Part shown: positions 45,831-53,836 of the stretch, one piece after another
Numbering within the stretch: the first letter of the stretch is position 1
Layout: each line of letters starts with the position of its first letter
From: a virus
Virus record (IMG/VR): IMGVR_UViG_3300034105_002260
DNA: 64,000 nucleotides
Direction: 5' to 3' (one strand)
Made by a program: the position numbers and the translations under genes
The notes under the pieces: model-generated
Told to the model about the DNA's origin: nothing
The model's input: the letters and a program-made list of their open reading frames with translations, nothing else
Databases searched by the model: none

Positions 45831-48053
45831 ATGAGCTTTTTAAACAGTAGCAATTCAGAATATCTTTCAGCAAGAATAACCCAAAAGGGTAGAAATTCTA
45901 TTGCTAAAGGTGAATTTATAATCAATTATTTTCAAATAGGAGATTCTGAATTTGACTATAACTTAGCGTTCTCAGGGTTAACTGGACAAACAAATCATCA
46001 AATGGTTTTATCTCCCGTTGATAAAGAATGTGGTGTGAAATATCCATATAAATTAGATACGGCAACAAATGTAACATACGGTATACCAATTGAAAATTCA
46101 ACAACTGAAGTTTTAAGAAATGTAATGGGTCCTGCAGGATTTGTTTCAGAATATAACCCATATGATTCTGTTGAGTGTACGGGATCAACAATTGAATGTA
46201 TAACAGTAAGTATTAATATTACTAATATAAATGGTGACAATGTTATAACCGTACCTTCAGGACAAGCATTTCAAAATTCTGAATATATTACGTTAGTCTT
46301 TGGTGTATTTAATGGATTGGATGCAAATCATCCAGTTATTAGTGGACACACAAATAGTTTAATTTATAAAATTGTAAGTATAAGTGGTAACACATTAACA
46401 TTAGATAGAAAAACACCCGATTTATCAACATTAACTGGTAATGTTCAAATAGTTGGTAATAAATGTGAAATTGAATTTCCTATTAGTTCAGAAATATCCC
46501 CAGTATGTTTACCAACACCTTTAGACCCAATGGACCAACATAATCCTTGGACACTTAATGTTGTTTGGGATGAAAAACCAATTGGAGCGGATGTACAAGG
46601 TACTGGTGTAGATGAAAACTTAAGTGGTTACACAAGTAATATTTATTTATCATCCAAAGAATTCTTTGGATATAACTCAACAGGTCAAACATTTCAAAAT
46701 TTAACAGGTGGAACTATCACAGGATTCAGTTCAAAAAATGTTAGTACAGGATTTAAAAATTCATTCGGTGAATTAATTGAAGTAACTCCACAAGAACAAA
46801 GATGTATTGCAATTATTCATTACTCTGAAATTGGTGATCTTCAAAATGACCCAGAAAGATTCTTTAAGTATGATGATTATATAAGTCACAAAACAGGAAC
46901 AACAGGTGACGATATTTCATTGGTTGATGATAGAGATGGTGAACCAATAAGTGATACTGAATATTTTGAGATTTTTATTCCGTTTATAAGTTACCACAGA
47001 AACCCAACAAACTCAGATACAAACGGTGCGGTGTTCACTATGGACACAGTTAACTATTATGTCAGACCTGTAACAGGAATTACCGAATCAAGATTTGAAT
47101 TATTATTTAGATATCTTTTAGATGAGTCAGGTAATAGAGTTGGTAAAGTATTCCCAACTAAAAAGGTTGTTATTTTTGATGACCAAGAATTGGTGGCTAT
47201 TTTAGATTATAGAAGTAATAGAAGATACACATTAGGAGCACCTAAAGTTGGATTCACTCCAGCATCACTTAACGAAGCGTTAGTGTCAGGAACAACTGAA
47301 CAAACTTTTTGGGTAACTTATTTATTTGAAAATGGTACAACAAGTTTATTTAATGCATTACCTTGTAACTATTTCACTAAAGTTTCAGTTAATTTTGATT
47401 TAGATACTTGTAACATTTCAAATCCATCAAATTTTACATTAAGATTTACAGGAGACACTTTCCAACATATGAATTATAGTGCAACACCAACAAATGTTGA
47501 CATATTCAGAACAGGTTTTATGGCAAAGAAATTCAAAGTATTAATCCAAGAAACAACAGGACTTCCAAACAAATACCCAACAATGGGAGGATGGTTAGCA
47601 ATTGATTGTACAACAAGAGTAGGTGGTAACGGTACGGCATATATTAACCCAACAGGAATGACATCTAATACGGTTGTTATTACAAAGAGTGATGTTAATA
47701 GTGCAACACCGTTTGACTTAGAATCACATTTATCTGGATTTGGTACTAACTATATTGGAGACGCAACGACTAATGATTGGGGAGTTACCACACCACAATT
47801 TGGTGATGAACAACCATTTCCAGGAAGTATTAGATTAGTAAGAGCAACCGACATTGAAGAGATGAATTTCTTAGTAAATTTACCTTGTAATCAATTTGAC
47901 CGAACTCAAAATCCAACATACGTTAGTGGTAGTAAGTTTATAACCGAAGTGGCTTTATTAAATTCAAATAAAGAACCATTGGTAGTTGCAAAAACTTCTA
48001 TTCCAATAAAAAGATTAGGAACCCAAGTATTCGCAGTTAAGTTAGATTTTTAA
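45831..48053 (+). CDS. Tail-collar / fibre-attachment protein (DUF3751 / P2 gpH N-domain-like termini)
   Basis: N-terminal ITQKGR...YFQIGDSE and C-terminal ITEVALLN...LVVAK...PIKR...VKLDF. Confidence 0.55.
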   Translation: MSFLNSSNSEYLSARITQKGRNSIAKGEFIINYFQIGDSEFDYNLAFSGLTGQTNHQMVLSPVDKECGVKYPYKLDTATNVTYGIPIENSTTEVLRNVMGPAGFVSEYNPYDSVECTGSTIECITVSINITNINGDNVITVPSGQAFQNSEYITLVFGVFNGLDANHPVISGHTNSLIYKIVSISGNTLTLDRKTPDLSTLTGNVQIVGNKCEIEFPISSEISPVCLPTPLDPMDQHNPWTLNVVWDEKPIGADVQGTGVDENLSGYTSNIYLSSKEFFGYNSTGQTFQNLTGGTITGFSSKNVSTGFKNSFGELIEVTPQEQRCIAIIHYSEIGDLQNDPERFFKYDDYISHKTGTTGDDISLVDDRDGEPISDTEYFEIFIPFISYHRNPTNSDTNGAVFTMDTVNYYVRPVTGITESRFELLFRYLLDESGNRVGKVFPTKKVVIFDDQELVAILDYRSNRRYTLGAPKVGFTPASLNEALVSGTTEQTFWVTYLFENGTTSLFNALPCNYFTKVSVNFDLDTCNISNPSNFTLRFTGDTFQHMNYSATPTNVDIFRTGFMAKKFKVLIQETTGLPNKYPTMGGWLAIDCTTRVGGNGTAYINPTGMTSNTVVITKSDVNSATPFDLESHLSGFGTNYIGDATTNDWGVTTPQFGDEQPFPGSIRLVRATDIEEMNFLVNLPCNQFDRTQNPTYVSGSKFITEVALLNSNKEPLVVAKTSIPIKRLGTQVFAVKLDF

Positions 48054-48091
48054 GCTTTACAATTCTCGATATTTTATTTATATATTATATT

Positions 48092-48703
48092 ATGAGTATA
48101 GATGTAAAATTTAAAAACAAACCAAAAATCCTTGGTTTAGATATTTCAACTAAAACCATCGGGTTTGCGTTGTTTGATATATCAGGTTCTAAATTATTGG
48201 AACTAACCCATTTTTCACCAAAGATTAAACCTCAACCTGAAGATAAGATTGAAGAACTTATTAAGAAGGCTGACGCGTTTAAGAAACATTTGGAAGAATA
48301 TAAGAATATGGGAATTACTCGTGTTATTATTGAGGAACCCCTTTTACAATCAAACAACATTTATACTGTAGGTACGTTATTAAGATATAATACACTTATT
48401 TTAAAAAATTGTTACGATGTTTTAGGTGTGTTACCGACATTTATTTCAACATACAATTCAAGAAAATTTGCATTCCCTGATTTAGTGGGGGCTAATGATA
48501 AAGGACGTAATGTTTTATTCGGAGGGTATCCAAAAGATATTGATAAGAAACACGTTATTTGGGAACACGTTAATGCGGTATGTCCTGACGTTAATTGGTT
48601 ATACGGTAAAACTGGAGCACTTAAAAAAGAAAATTATGATATGGCAGATGCGGCTGCTTGTGTTATTGGTTATATTAATATGTTGAAGGTCGAAAAAAAT
48701 TAA
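48092..48703 (+). CDS. RuvC-like Holliday junction resolvase
   Basis: ILGLDIST, VIIEEP, DMADA catalytic motifs. Confidence 0.8.
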   Translation: MSIDVKFKNKPKILGLDISTKTIGFALFDISGSKLLELTHFSPKIKPQPEDKIEELIKKADAFKKHLEEYKNMGITRVIIEEPLLQSNNIYTVGTLLRYNTLILKNCYDVLGVLPTFISTYNSRKFAFPDLVGANDKGRNVLFGGYPKDIDKKHVIWEHVNAVCPDVNWLYGKTGALKKENYDMADAAACVIGYINMLKVEKN

Positions 48704-48746
48704 TCAACTATATTTCACTTTAAAAGAAAAATAGTTTATATTTATT

Positions 48747-48822
48747 AAACAGGACGGGACGGGTAGAAATACTCGTTTTAGTTGGTTTCCCCTGGGAGTG
48801 GTGTACCAGGGGATTTTTTTTT
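48747..48822 (+). ncRNA. Candidate small structured RNA ending in an intrinsic terminator
   Basis: GC-rich island after TATTTAT (48739-48745): gacgggta-gaaa-tactcgtt hairpin, then tcccctgg-N10-ccagggga and a long T run. Confidence 0.4.
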
Positions 48823-48853
48823 GTCAAAAATTTTATGTATATTTCTACTAACT

Positions 48854-49795
48854 ATGGTAGAACACGAAATAGATTACTCGGCAGTTGTGGATATTCTCGA
48901 AGATATTTTGGGGGAACATAGACTGCATAACGACTATAGAGGACAGATATCCTTTGATTGTCCTGTGTGTTCTCACGATATTAAAGGATTGGACGACGGG
49001 GATGGTAAAGGTAATTTAGAGGTTAATTACAAAAGAGGTGTTTATAAATGTTGGGTATGTGCGGAAACCCACGACACTTATGGTTCTTTATATAAATTAT
49101 TAAAGAAATATGGTAATGCTAAACAACTAAAGAAGTATTTGTTGTTAAAACCAGAAGATGATGGGGAACAACCAAAAAGAACTTTTATACAGGTTAGATT
49201 ACCAAAAGAATTCGTATCATTCAAAGATGCTAGTTTAGGTCTTAAAATGACTCCACAATACAAACAAGCGTTTAACTACATACAAAAAAGAAATATAACA
49301 GATTTAATGGTTCAAATGTATAACATAGGGTTTTGTTATACAGGTCATTATGAACATAGAATTATTATTCCATCTTACGATTCGGAAAACAGATTAAATT
49401 ATTTCATTGCTAGGTCTTATTTGAATAATACCAAGATGAAATATAAAAATCCCGAAGTGGATAAAGAAAGTTTAATTTGGAATGAACATCTTATAAATTG
49501 GAATGACCCCGTTTATATTGTTGAAGGTGCATTTGATTCTATATTCTTACCAAATTCAATACCAATGTTGGGTAAGTTTATGACTCAAAATTTATTCGAT
49601 AAACTTTATGACAACGCAAAGAAAGTTGTAATTGTTTTAGACCCAGACGCTTGGGAGGATGCATTCAGATTATATCATAAATTAAATTGTGGTAAGTTAA
49701 TGGGTAAGTTATGGATTGTAAAATTAGATGGTGACAAAGATATTGCGGATTTAAAGGGAGATTTAAGTGGGTATGAAATAAAACAATTAGATTAA
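48854..49795 (+). CDS. DNA primase (Zn finger + TOPRIM)
   Basis: CPVC...CWVC, RIIIP, KYKNP, IVEGAFD, LDPDA, KDIAD; start at ATG 48854. Confidence 0.85.
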   Translation: MVEHEIDYSAVVDILEDILGEHRLHNDYRGQISFDCPVCSHDIKGLDDGDGKGNLEVNYKRGVYKCWVCAETHDTYGSLYKLLKKYGNAKQLKKYLLLKPEDDGEQPKRTFIQVRLPKEFVSFKDASLGLKMTPQYKQAFNYIQKRNITDLMVQMYNIGFCYTGHYEHRIIIPSYDSENRLNYFIARSYLNNTKMKYKNPEVDKESLIWNEHLINWNDPVYIVEGAFDSIFLPNSIPMLGKFMTQNLFDKLYDNAKKVVIVLDPDAWEDAFRLYHKLNCGKLMGKLWIVKLDGDKDIADLKGDLSGYEIKQLD

Positions 49796-49806
49796 ATATA
49801 AACACA

Positions 49807-50322
49807 ATGATAGTAGAGAAACATTACAGAGTACAGTTGTTAGATGGTAAAGAAACCACAACACTTTACGAGACGAGACAAGAAGCGGTTAGAGCACATA
49901 GAGGTAATATCTCTAAATTAATTGAGGTTCTACCTAAACACACTAAACCAAAAGTAGTTGCTCCAACAAACGACCAACTTGCAATTGTTATTAGTGCACG
50001 TAGTAACGAAGATTTGGACATTTCGAAAGATTGTGGTTATGCGGTTATGTATAATTGTCCAAAAATGGATAACATATATGATGGTATGAAATATCTTGAA
50101 GTGTCGGGTGATTATGTGTTGGAAGCAACAATTACTAAATTAGAGAAGTATGAAAAAAGTATTCACCATCATTGGAAAGGTCCAGGGTATAAACCAGATA
50201 AAGTTTGGAAGTGGGCTATATTTCATAAAAATGGTAAGATAGTACCAAGAAAAGCGGCTGAAGAAAGATATAGTAATCCACTTAAAGGAACTCAAGGTGG
50301 TATTAGTTATATAAAAATTTAA
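49807..50322 (+). CDS. Hypothetical protein
   Basis: 171-aa ORF with A-rich leader. Confidence 0.6.
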   Translation: MIVEKHYRVQLLDGKETTTLYETRQEAVRAHRGNISKLIEVLPKHTKPKVVAPTNDQLAIVISARSNEDLDISKDCGYAVMYNCPKMDNIYDGMKYLEVSGDYVLEATITKLEKYEKSIHHHWKGPGYKPDKVWKWAIFHKNGKIVPRKAAEERYSNPLKGTQGGISYIKI

Positions 50323-50328
50323 AAGATT

Positions 50329-51210
50329 ATGAATTTACAAGAAATTGCAACAGAAATAAATGAACTACTTGAAAATAGACGAAAGGAATTAGATTTAACT
50401 TTCGTTGAAGAGGAACACATTTATTATATGAGAGATACCGAAGGGGTGTTAAGAAAAACATTCCCATCAGTTTCTAAATTAATAAAAAAATTCCACAAGG
50501 CATTTGATGCGGATGGTATGTCACTTAAAATGTGTAAGGGTGATCCTGAAGCCGCAGCACTTTTGAGAGAAGAATGGAAACAATCTGGAACCTATGCAAC
50601 CAATATGGGTAGTAGAGTTCACTTTGTATTAGAGAGTGACACCATTAGTCGTTTTGGTGATTACAAGGAAGTTAGACAACCTATATTCGAATGTGATGAT
50701 GCTCAGTTATTAAGAAGTGATAGTATGATTAAAGCGGGAAAAGAATTTCTTGACTTAATGATTGAAAGAGGGGCAATACTTTTAGATACTGAAATCATAT
50801 TAGGTGATAACGAATTAGGTTACACAGGACAACCAGACAAAGTTTGGTTAATGTTTAACAAAGACAAAACAGATTTCGGAATTGTAATTACAGATTGGAA
50901 AACAAACCAACCAAAAAACTTTGAAATCCAACATTACACAGGTAAAATGTATGCACCGTTTAATGAATATCACGACACGGCGCTTGGCCATTATTATTTA
51001 CAACTACCGTTATATGCTAGGTTATTACTTAAAATGTTAAAAGGAACTAAGTATGAAAACTTAAAATTATTAGGATGTGTTGTGATTTTATTGAAAGACG
51101 ATGGGACATACCAAGAATATAAAGTACCTTCACAAGTAAACAACACAGTATTAAATTTAGACTTAACAAAATATATTGATTATGGTAAAAAAGGTTATAC
51201 ATATCGCTGA
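50329..51210 (+). CDS. PD-(D/E)XK exonuclease (RecB / Cas4-like fold)
   Basis: PSVS, GSRVH, GQPD, TDWKT, YLQLPLYA. Confidence 0.8.
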   Translation: MNLQEIATEINELLENRRKELDLTFVEEEHIYYMRDTEGVLRKTFPSVSKLIKKFHKAFDADGMSLKMCKGDPEAAALLREEWKQSGTYATNMGSRVHFVLESDTISRFGDYKEVRQPIFECDDAQLLRSDSMIKAGKEFLDLMIERGAILLDTEIILGDNELGYTGQPDKVWLMFNKDKTDFGIVITDWKTNQPKNFEIQHYTGKMYAPFNEYHDTALGHYYLQLPLYARLLLKMLKGTKYENLKLLGCVVILLKDDGTYQEYKVPSQVNNTVLNLDLTKYIDYGKKGYTYR

Positions 51211-52000
51211 TCTTCACATCAGAACAATTCAAATGCACGACTTATATAAAGAACAATTTGAAAAGTTAATTAATGAGATTAATGAATTACAAATTGAATG
51301 GAATAAAGAGGGAATTACATCTGATAATATTAGGATAGTTGTTGCTGGGGATATTGCTCACCAAAAGATAAACATATCTAACGAACAATTAATGTTAACA
51401 AGTTGGTTTCTAAAAGAACTATCTTACTTAGGTAATGTTGTAATAATACCAGGTAATCACGATTTCTTAGAGAACAATACACAAAGATTAGACAGTATTA
51501 GTCCTGTCGTTGATTTATTAGATAATAAAAATATCCAATACTATAAAGATAGTGGTGGCTATATTGATGAAAACATTCAATGGGTTGTTTATTCTTTATA
51601 TCAACATAACGCTCGACCAGAGTTTACCAAAGATAAAACTAAATTAACTATTGGTTTATTTCACGGACCTATTATGGGTTTATCCACCGATATGGGATTC
51701 GAATTTGAAGATGCTTATGATCAATTAAACTTTGTTGGTTTGGATTTACTATTGTGTGGTGACATTCATAAGAGACAAACGTTCACATTACCTGAAGGAG
51801 GTAAAGCAGTTATGATTGGTTCATTAATACAACAAAACTTTGGTGAATCAGTTAAACATCACGGATATGGTATTTATGATGTTGAAACGGATAACTATAC
51901 ATTCAAGGATATGGATAACGTACAACCGTTTCTACACTTTAAAATAAACGACATAAATGACATTGAAAATGAAAAAGAAGAGCTCGTTAACCTTGGATAA
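51182..52000 (+). CDS. sbcD: SbcD / Mre11 / gp47-like nuclease
   Basis: ADLH, AGDIAH, PGNHD, FHG, GDIH metallophosphoesterase motifs. Confidence 0.85.
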   Translation: MVKKVIHIADLHIRTIQMHDLYKEQFEKLINEINELQIEWNKEGITSDNIRIVVAGDIAHQKINISNEQLMLTSWFLKELSYLGNVVIIPGNHDFLENNTQRLDSISPVVDLLDNKNIQYYKDSGGYIDENIQWVVYSLYQHNARPEFTKDKTKLTIGLFHGPIMGLSTDMGFEFEDAYDQLNFVGLDLLLCGDIHKRQTFTLPEGGKAVMIGSLIQQNFGESVKHHGYGIYDVETDNYTFKDMDNVQPFLHFKINDINDIENEKEELVNLG

Positions 52001-52493
52001 TGAATTCCTTCTTTATTGTGAAATAAATGGAATTGAAAATATTGACAAACTTGCAAAGGAAACCTTCGAGAGAGGGTTTTCTTTATTAAAATATGGTGAA
52101 ACCCCAACAGGTAATAGTACCGTAAAAGAAAAGATAGTAGAAGTAATCAAGGAAGTTATTATTGAAAAACAATTACCATCTGAAATAAAATACGTTGATA
52201 GGGAAGTTATTAAAGAGGTGCCTGTTGAAAGAATTGTAGAAGTGATAAAAGAAGTTCCGGTTGAAATTAAGGGAGACACCCAAGTGATAACGAAAGAAAT
52301 AATTAAGGAAGTGCCCGTTGATAGGATTGTGGAAAAGATTGTGGAAATTACAAACAACGAGGAAATAGAAAGACTCACCAAAAAGAATTCAGAATTGGAA
52401 ACTGAGTTAGGAAACATCAAAATATCATTAGAGAAATTTAACAAAGCTACCTATATGAAAAATAGTGACCTGGGTAGTTTATATAGTGAATAA
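51969..52493 (+). CDS. Hypothetical protein with IKEVPV(E/D) repeats and C-terminal coiled coil
   Basis: Repeats visible in translation. Confidence 0.6.
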   Translation: MKKKSSLTLDNEFLLYCEINGIENIDKLAKETFERGFSLLKYGETPTGNSTVKEKIVEVIKEVIIEKQLPSEIKYVDREVIKEVPVERIVEVIKEVPVEIKGDTQVITKEIIKEVPVDRIVEKIVEITNNEEIERLTKKNSELETELGNIKISLEKFNKATYMKNSDLGSLYSE

Positions 52494-52541
52494 TTTCTTT
52501 TTCTCAAAAATTTAGTTTATTATTTAATAAAAACAAATACT

Positions 52542-52853
52542 ATGGTTTTATTAACATTATGGGCCTTTATTGCCTACGGATTTACATCAATAATTGTTTG
52601 GGGTGCCATTTTTGAAAAAACTCGAATATTCATTAAGAAACATTCAAATTTTTTTGGTGATTTAATTTCTTGTACATTATGTACGTCAACTTGGGTTGGA
52701 TTTTTTATGTCAATATGTCTTGGAGGTTTATCTTCAAGAATTTTAGACACACATTGGTTACCAAGTATTTTCTTTGACGGTATGTTCACCGCTGGAATCG
52801 TCTGGTCAATAAATGCAATCATAGAATTTTTTGAAGAAAGCAGAATAAAATAG
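52542..52853 (+). CDS. Small membrane protein, DUF1360-like
   Basis: Hydrophobic segments and GDLISCTLCTSTW (CxxC..W). Confidence 0.65.
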   Translation: MVLLTLWAFIAYGFTSIIVWGAIFEKTRIFIKKHSNFFGDLISCTLCTSTWVGFFMSICLGGLSSRILDTHWLPSIFFDGMFTAGIVWSINAIIEFFEESRIK

Positions 52854-53836
52854 TGAAATCTTTAAGGATAGGTAATAATACCTTTTATTATTTAACAACA
52901 AAGGAAATTCTTTATAGAGTAACTAAGGAATACTACTTAGACAATGTTAAGTTGTTTGATTCAGTACGTTCAAAGAATGATGAAGATAAGGAAAAATCAA
53001 TCTATGTTGATATAATAAAAGGTTATAAACAATCCTTCTTTAAGATGTCATCTGAAACAATGGATAACTGGAAAGTTATTATAGATGAACTTAAAGAAAA
53101 ATATAAAGAAGGGGAGTTTGAGCAGGTTGTCAGTCACATAAATAAGGATTCAACGGGTGAATACCACCAAGTCCTTATGAAACATATTGAGAAGGTAAAC
53201 AAGATAAATCCTACAACAATTTTGGGTAGATTATTAAGTTATTCACCAATTGATGAATTAGGATATTCACAACCAACTTTTTTTAATACCTTTGACATAG
53301 TAAAAGACGCTAAACTAATTCCTAATAATGGGGTTCAATGGGATAGACAAGTAAGGAATTACTTCTATGTTGAATATTATAAGGAAAAAGGTTCAACCAT
53401 AGGTTATAGATTTATTGGTTTTAATTTACAAGACGTAACTAAAAACAGACAAATTAGACCAGACATTAGGAGAGCATTTGAAGATGTTCCCTGTGTACAT
53501 TGTTGGACACCAAATAAGTCTCATAAGAAACACGAGATAGACCATAAGAATGGAAGATACGATGATGACCAAGTACTTGAATATAGTAGTCAAGAGGTCG
53601 ACCATTTTCAAGCTTTATGTCGCGAACACAACCTTCTAAAAAGAAGTGCGTGTAAAAAATGTAAAGCAAATGATATTAGATTCGACGCAACGTTTTTAGG
53701 GTACACCACGTCAGTCACCGAAGGTACGTTAAAATATGAAGAACAGTTAGGTTGTAAAGGTTGTTATCTATACGACCCATTAGATTTTAGATCACAATTC
53801 ATTTTAAAAACAAAAGAGAATAATGAAATACAATAA
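52853..53836 (+). CDS. IceA1 / NlaIII-family HNH restriction endonuclease with N-terminal extension
   Basis: NGVQW...RFIGFN...RQIRPDIR, CVHC, EIDHKNGR, FQALCREHN..KR..CKKCK...RFDA, GCKGCYLYDP match remembered NlaIII/IceA1 motifs in order; GTG start. Confidence 0.8.
   Translation: MKSLRIGNNTFYYLTTKEILYRVTKEYYLDNVKLFDSVRSKNDEDKEKSIYVDIIKGYKQSFFKMSSETMDNWKVIIDELKEKYKEGEFEQVVSHINKDSTGEYHQVLMKHIEKVNKINPTTILGRLLSYSPIDELGYSQPTFFNTFDIVKDAKLIPNNGVQWDRQVRNYFYVEYYKEKGSTIGYRFIGFNLQDVTKNRQIRPDIRRAFEDVPCVHCWTPNKSHKKHEIDHKNGRYDDDQVLEYSSQEVDHFQALCREHNLLKRSACKKCKANDIRFDATFLGYTTSVTEGTLKYEEQLGCKGCYLYDPLDFRSQFILKTKENNEIQ

Noticed and set aside
48747-48822. tRNA gene
   Set aside because: No cloverleaf or T-loop consensus; no tRNA or rRNA recognised anywhere in the window.
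50329-51210. Cas4 as part of a CRISPR system
   Set aside because: No Fe-S cysteine cluster pattern and no array; an ordinary phage PD-(D/E)XK exonuclease.
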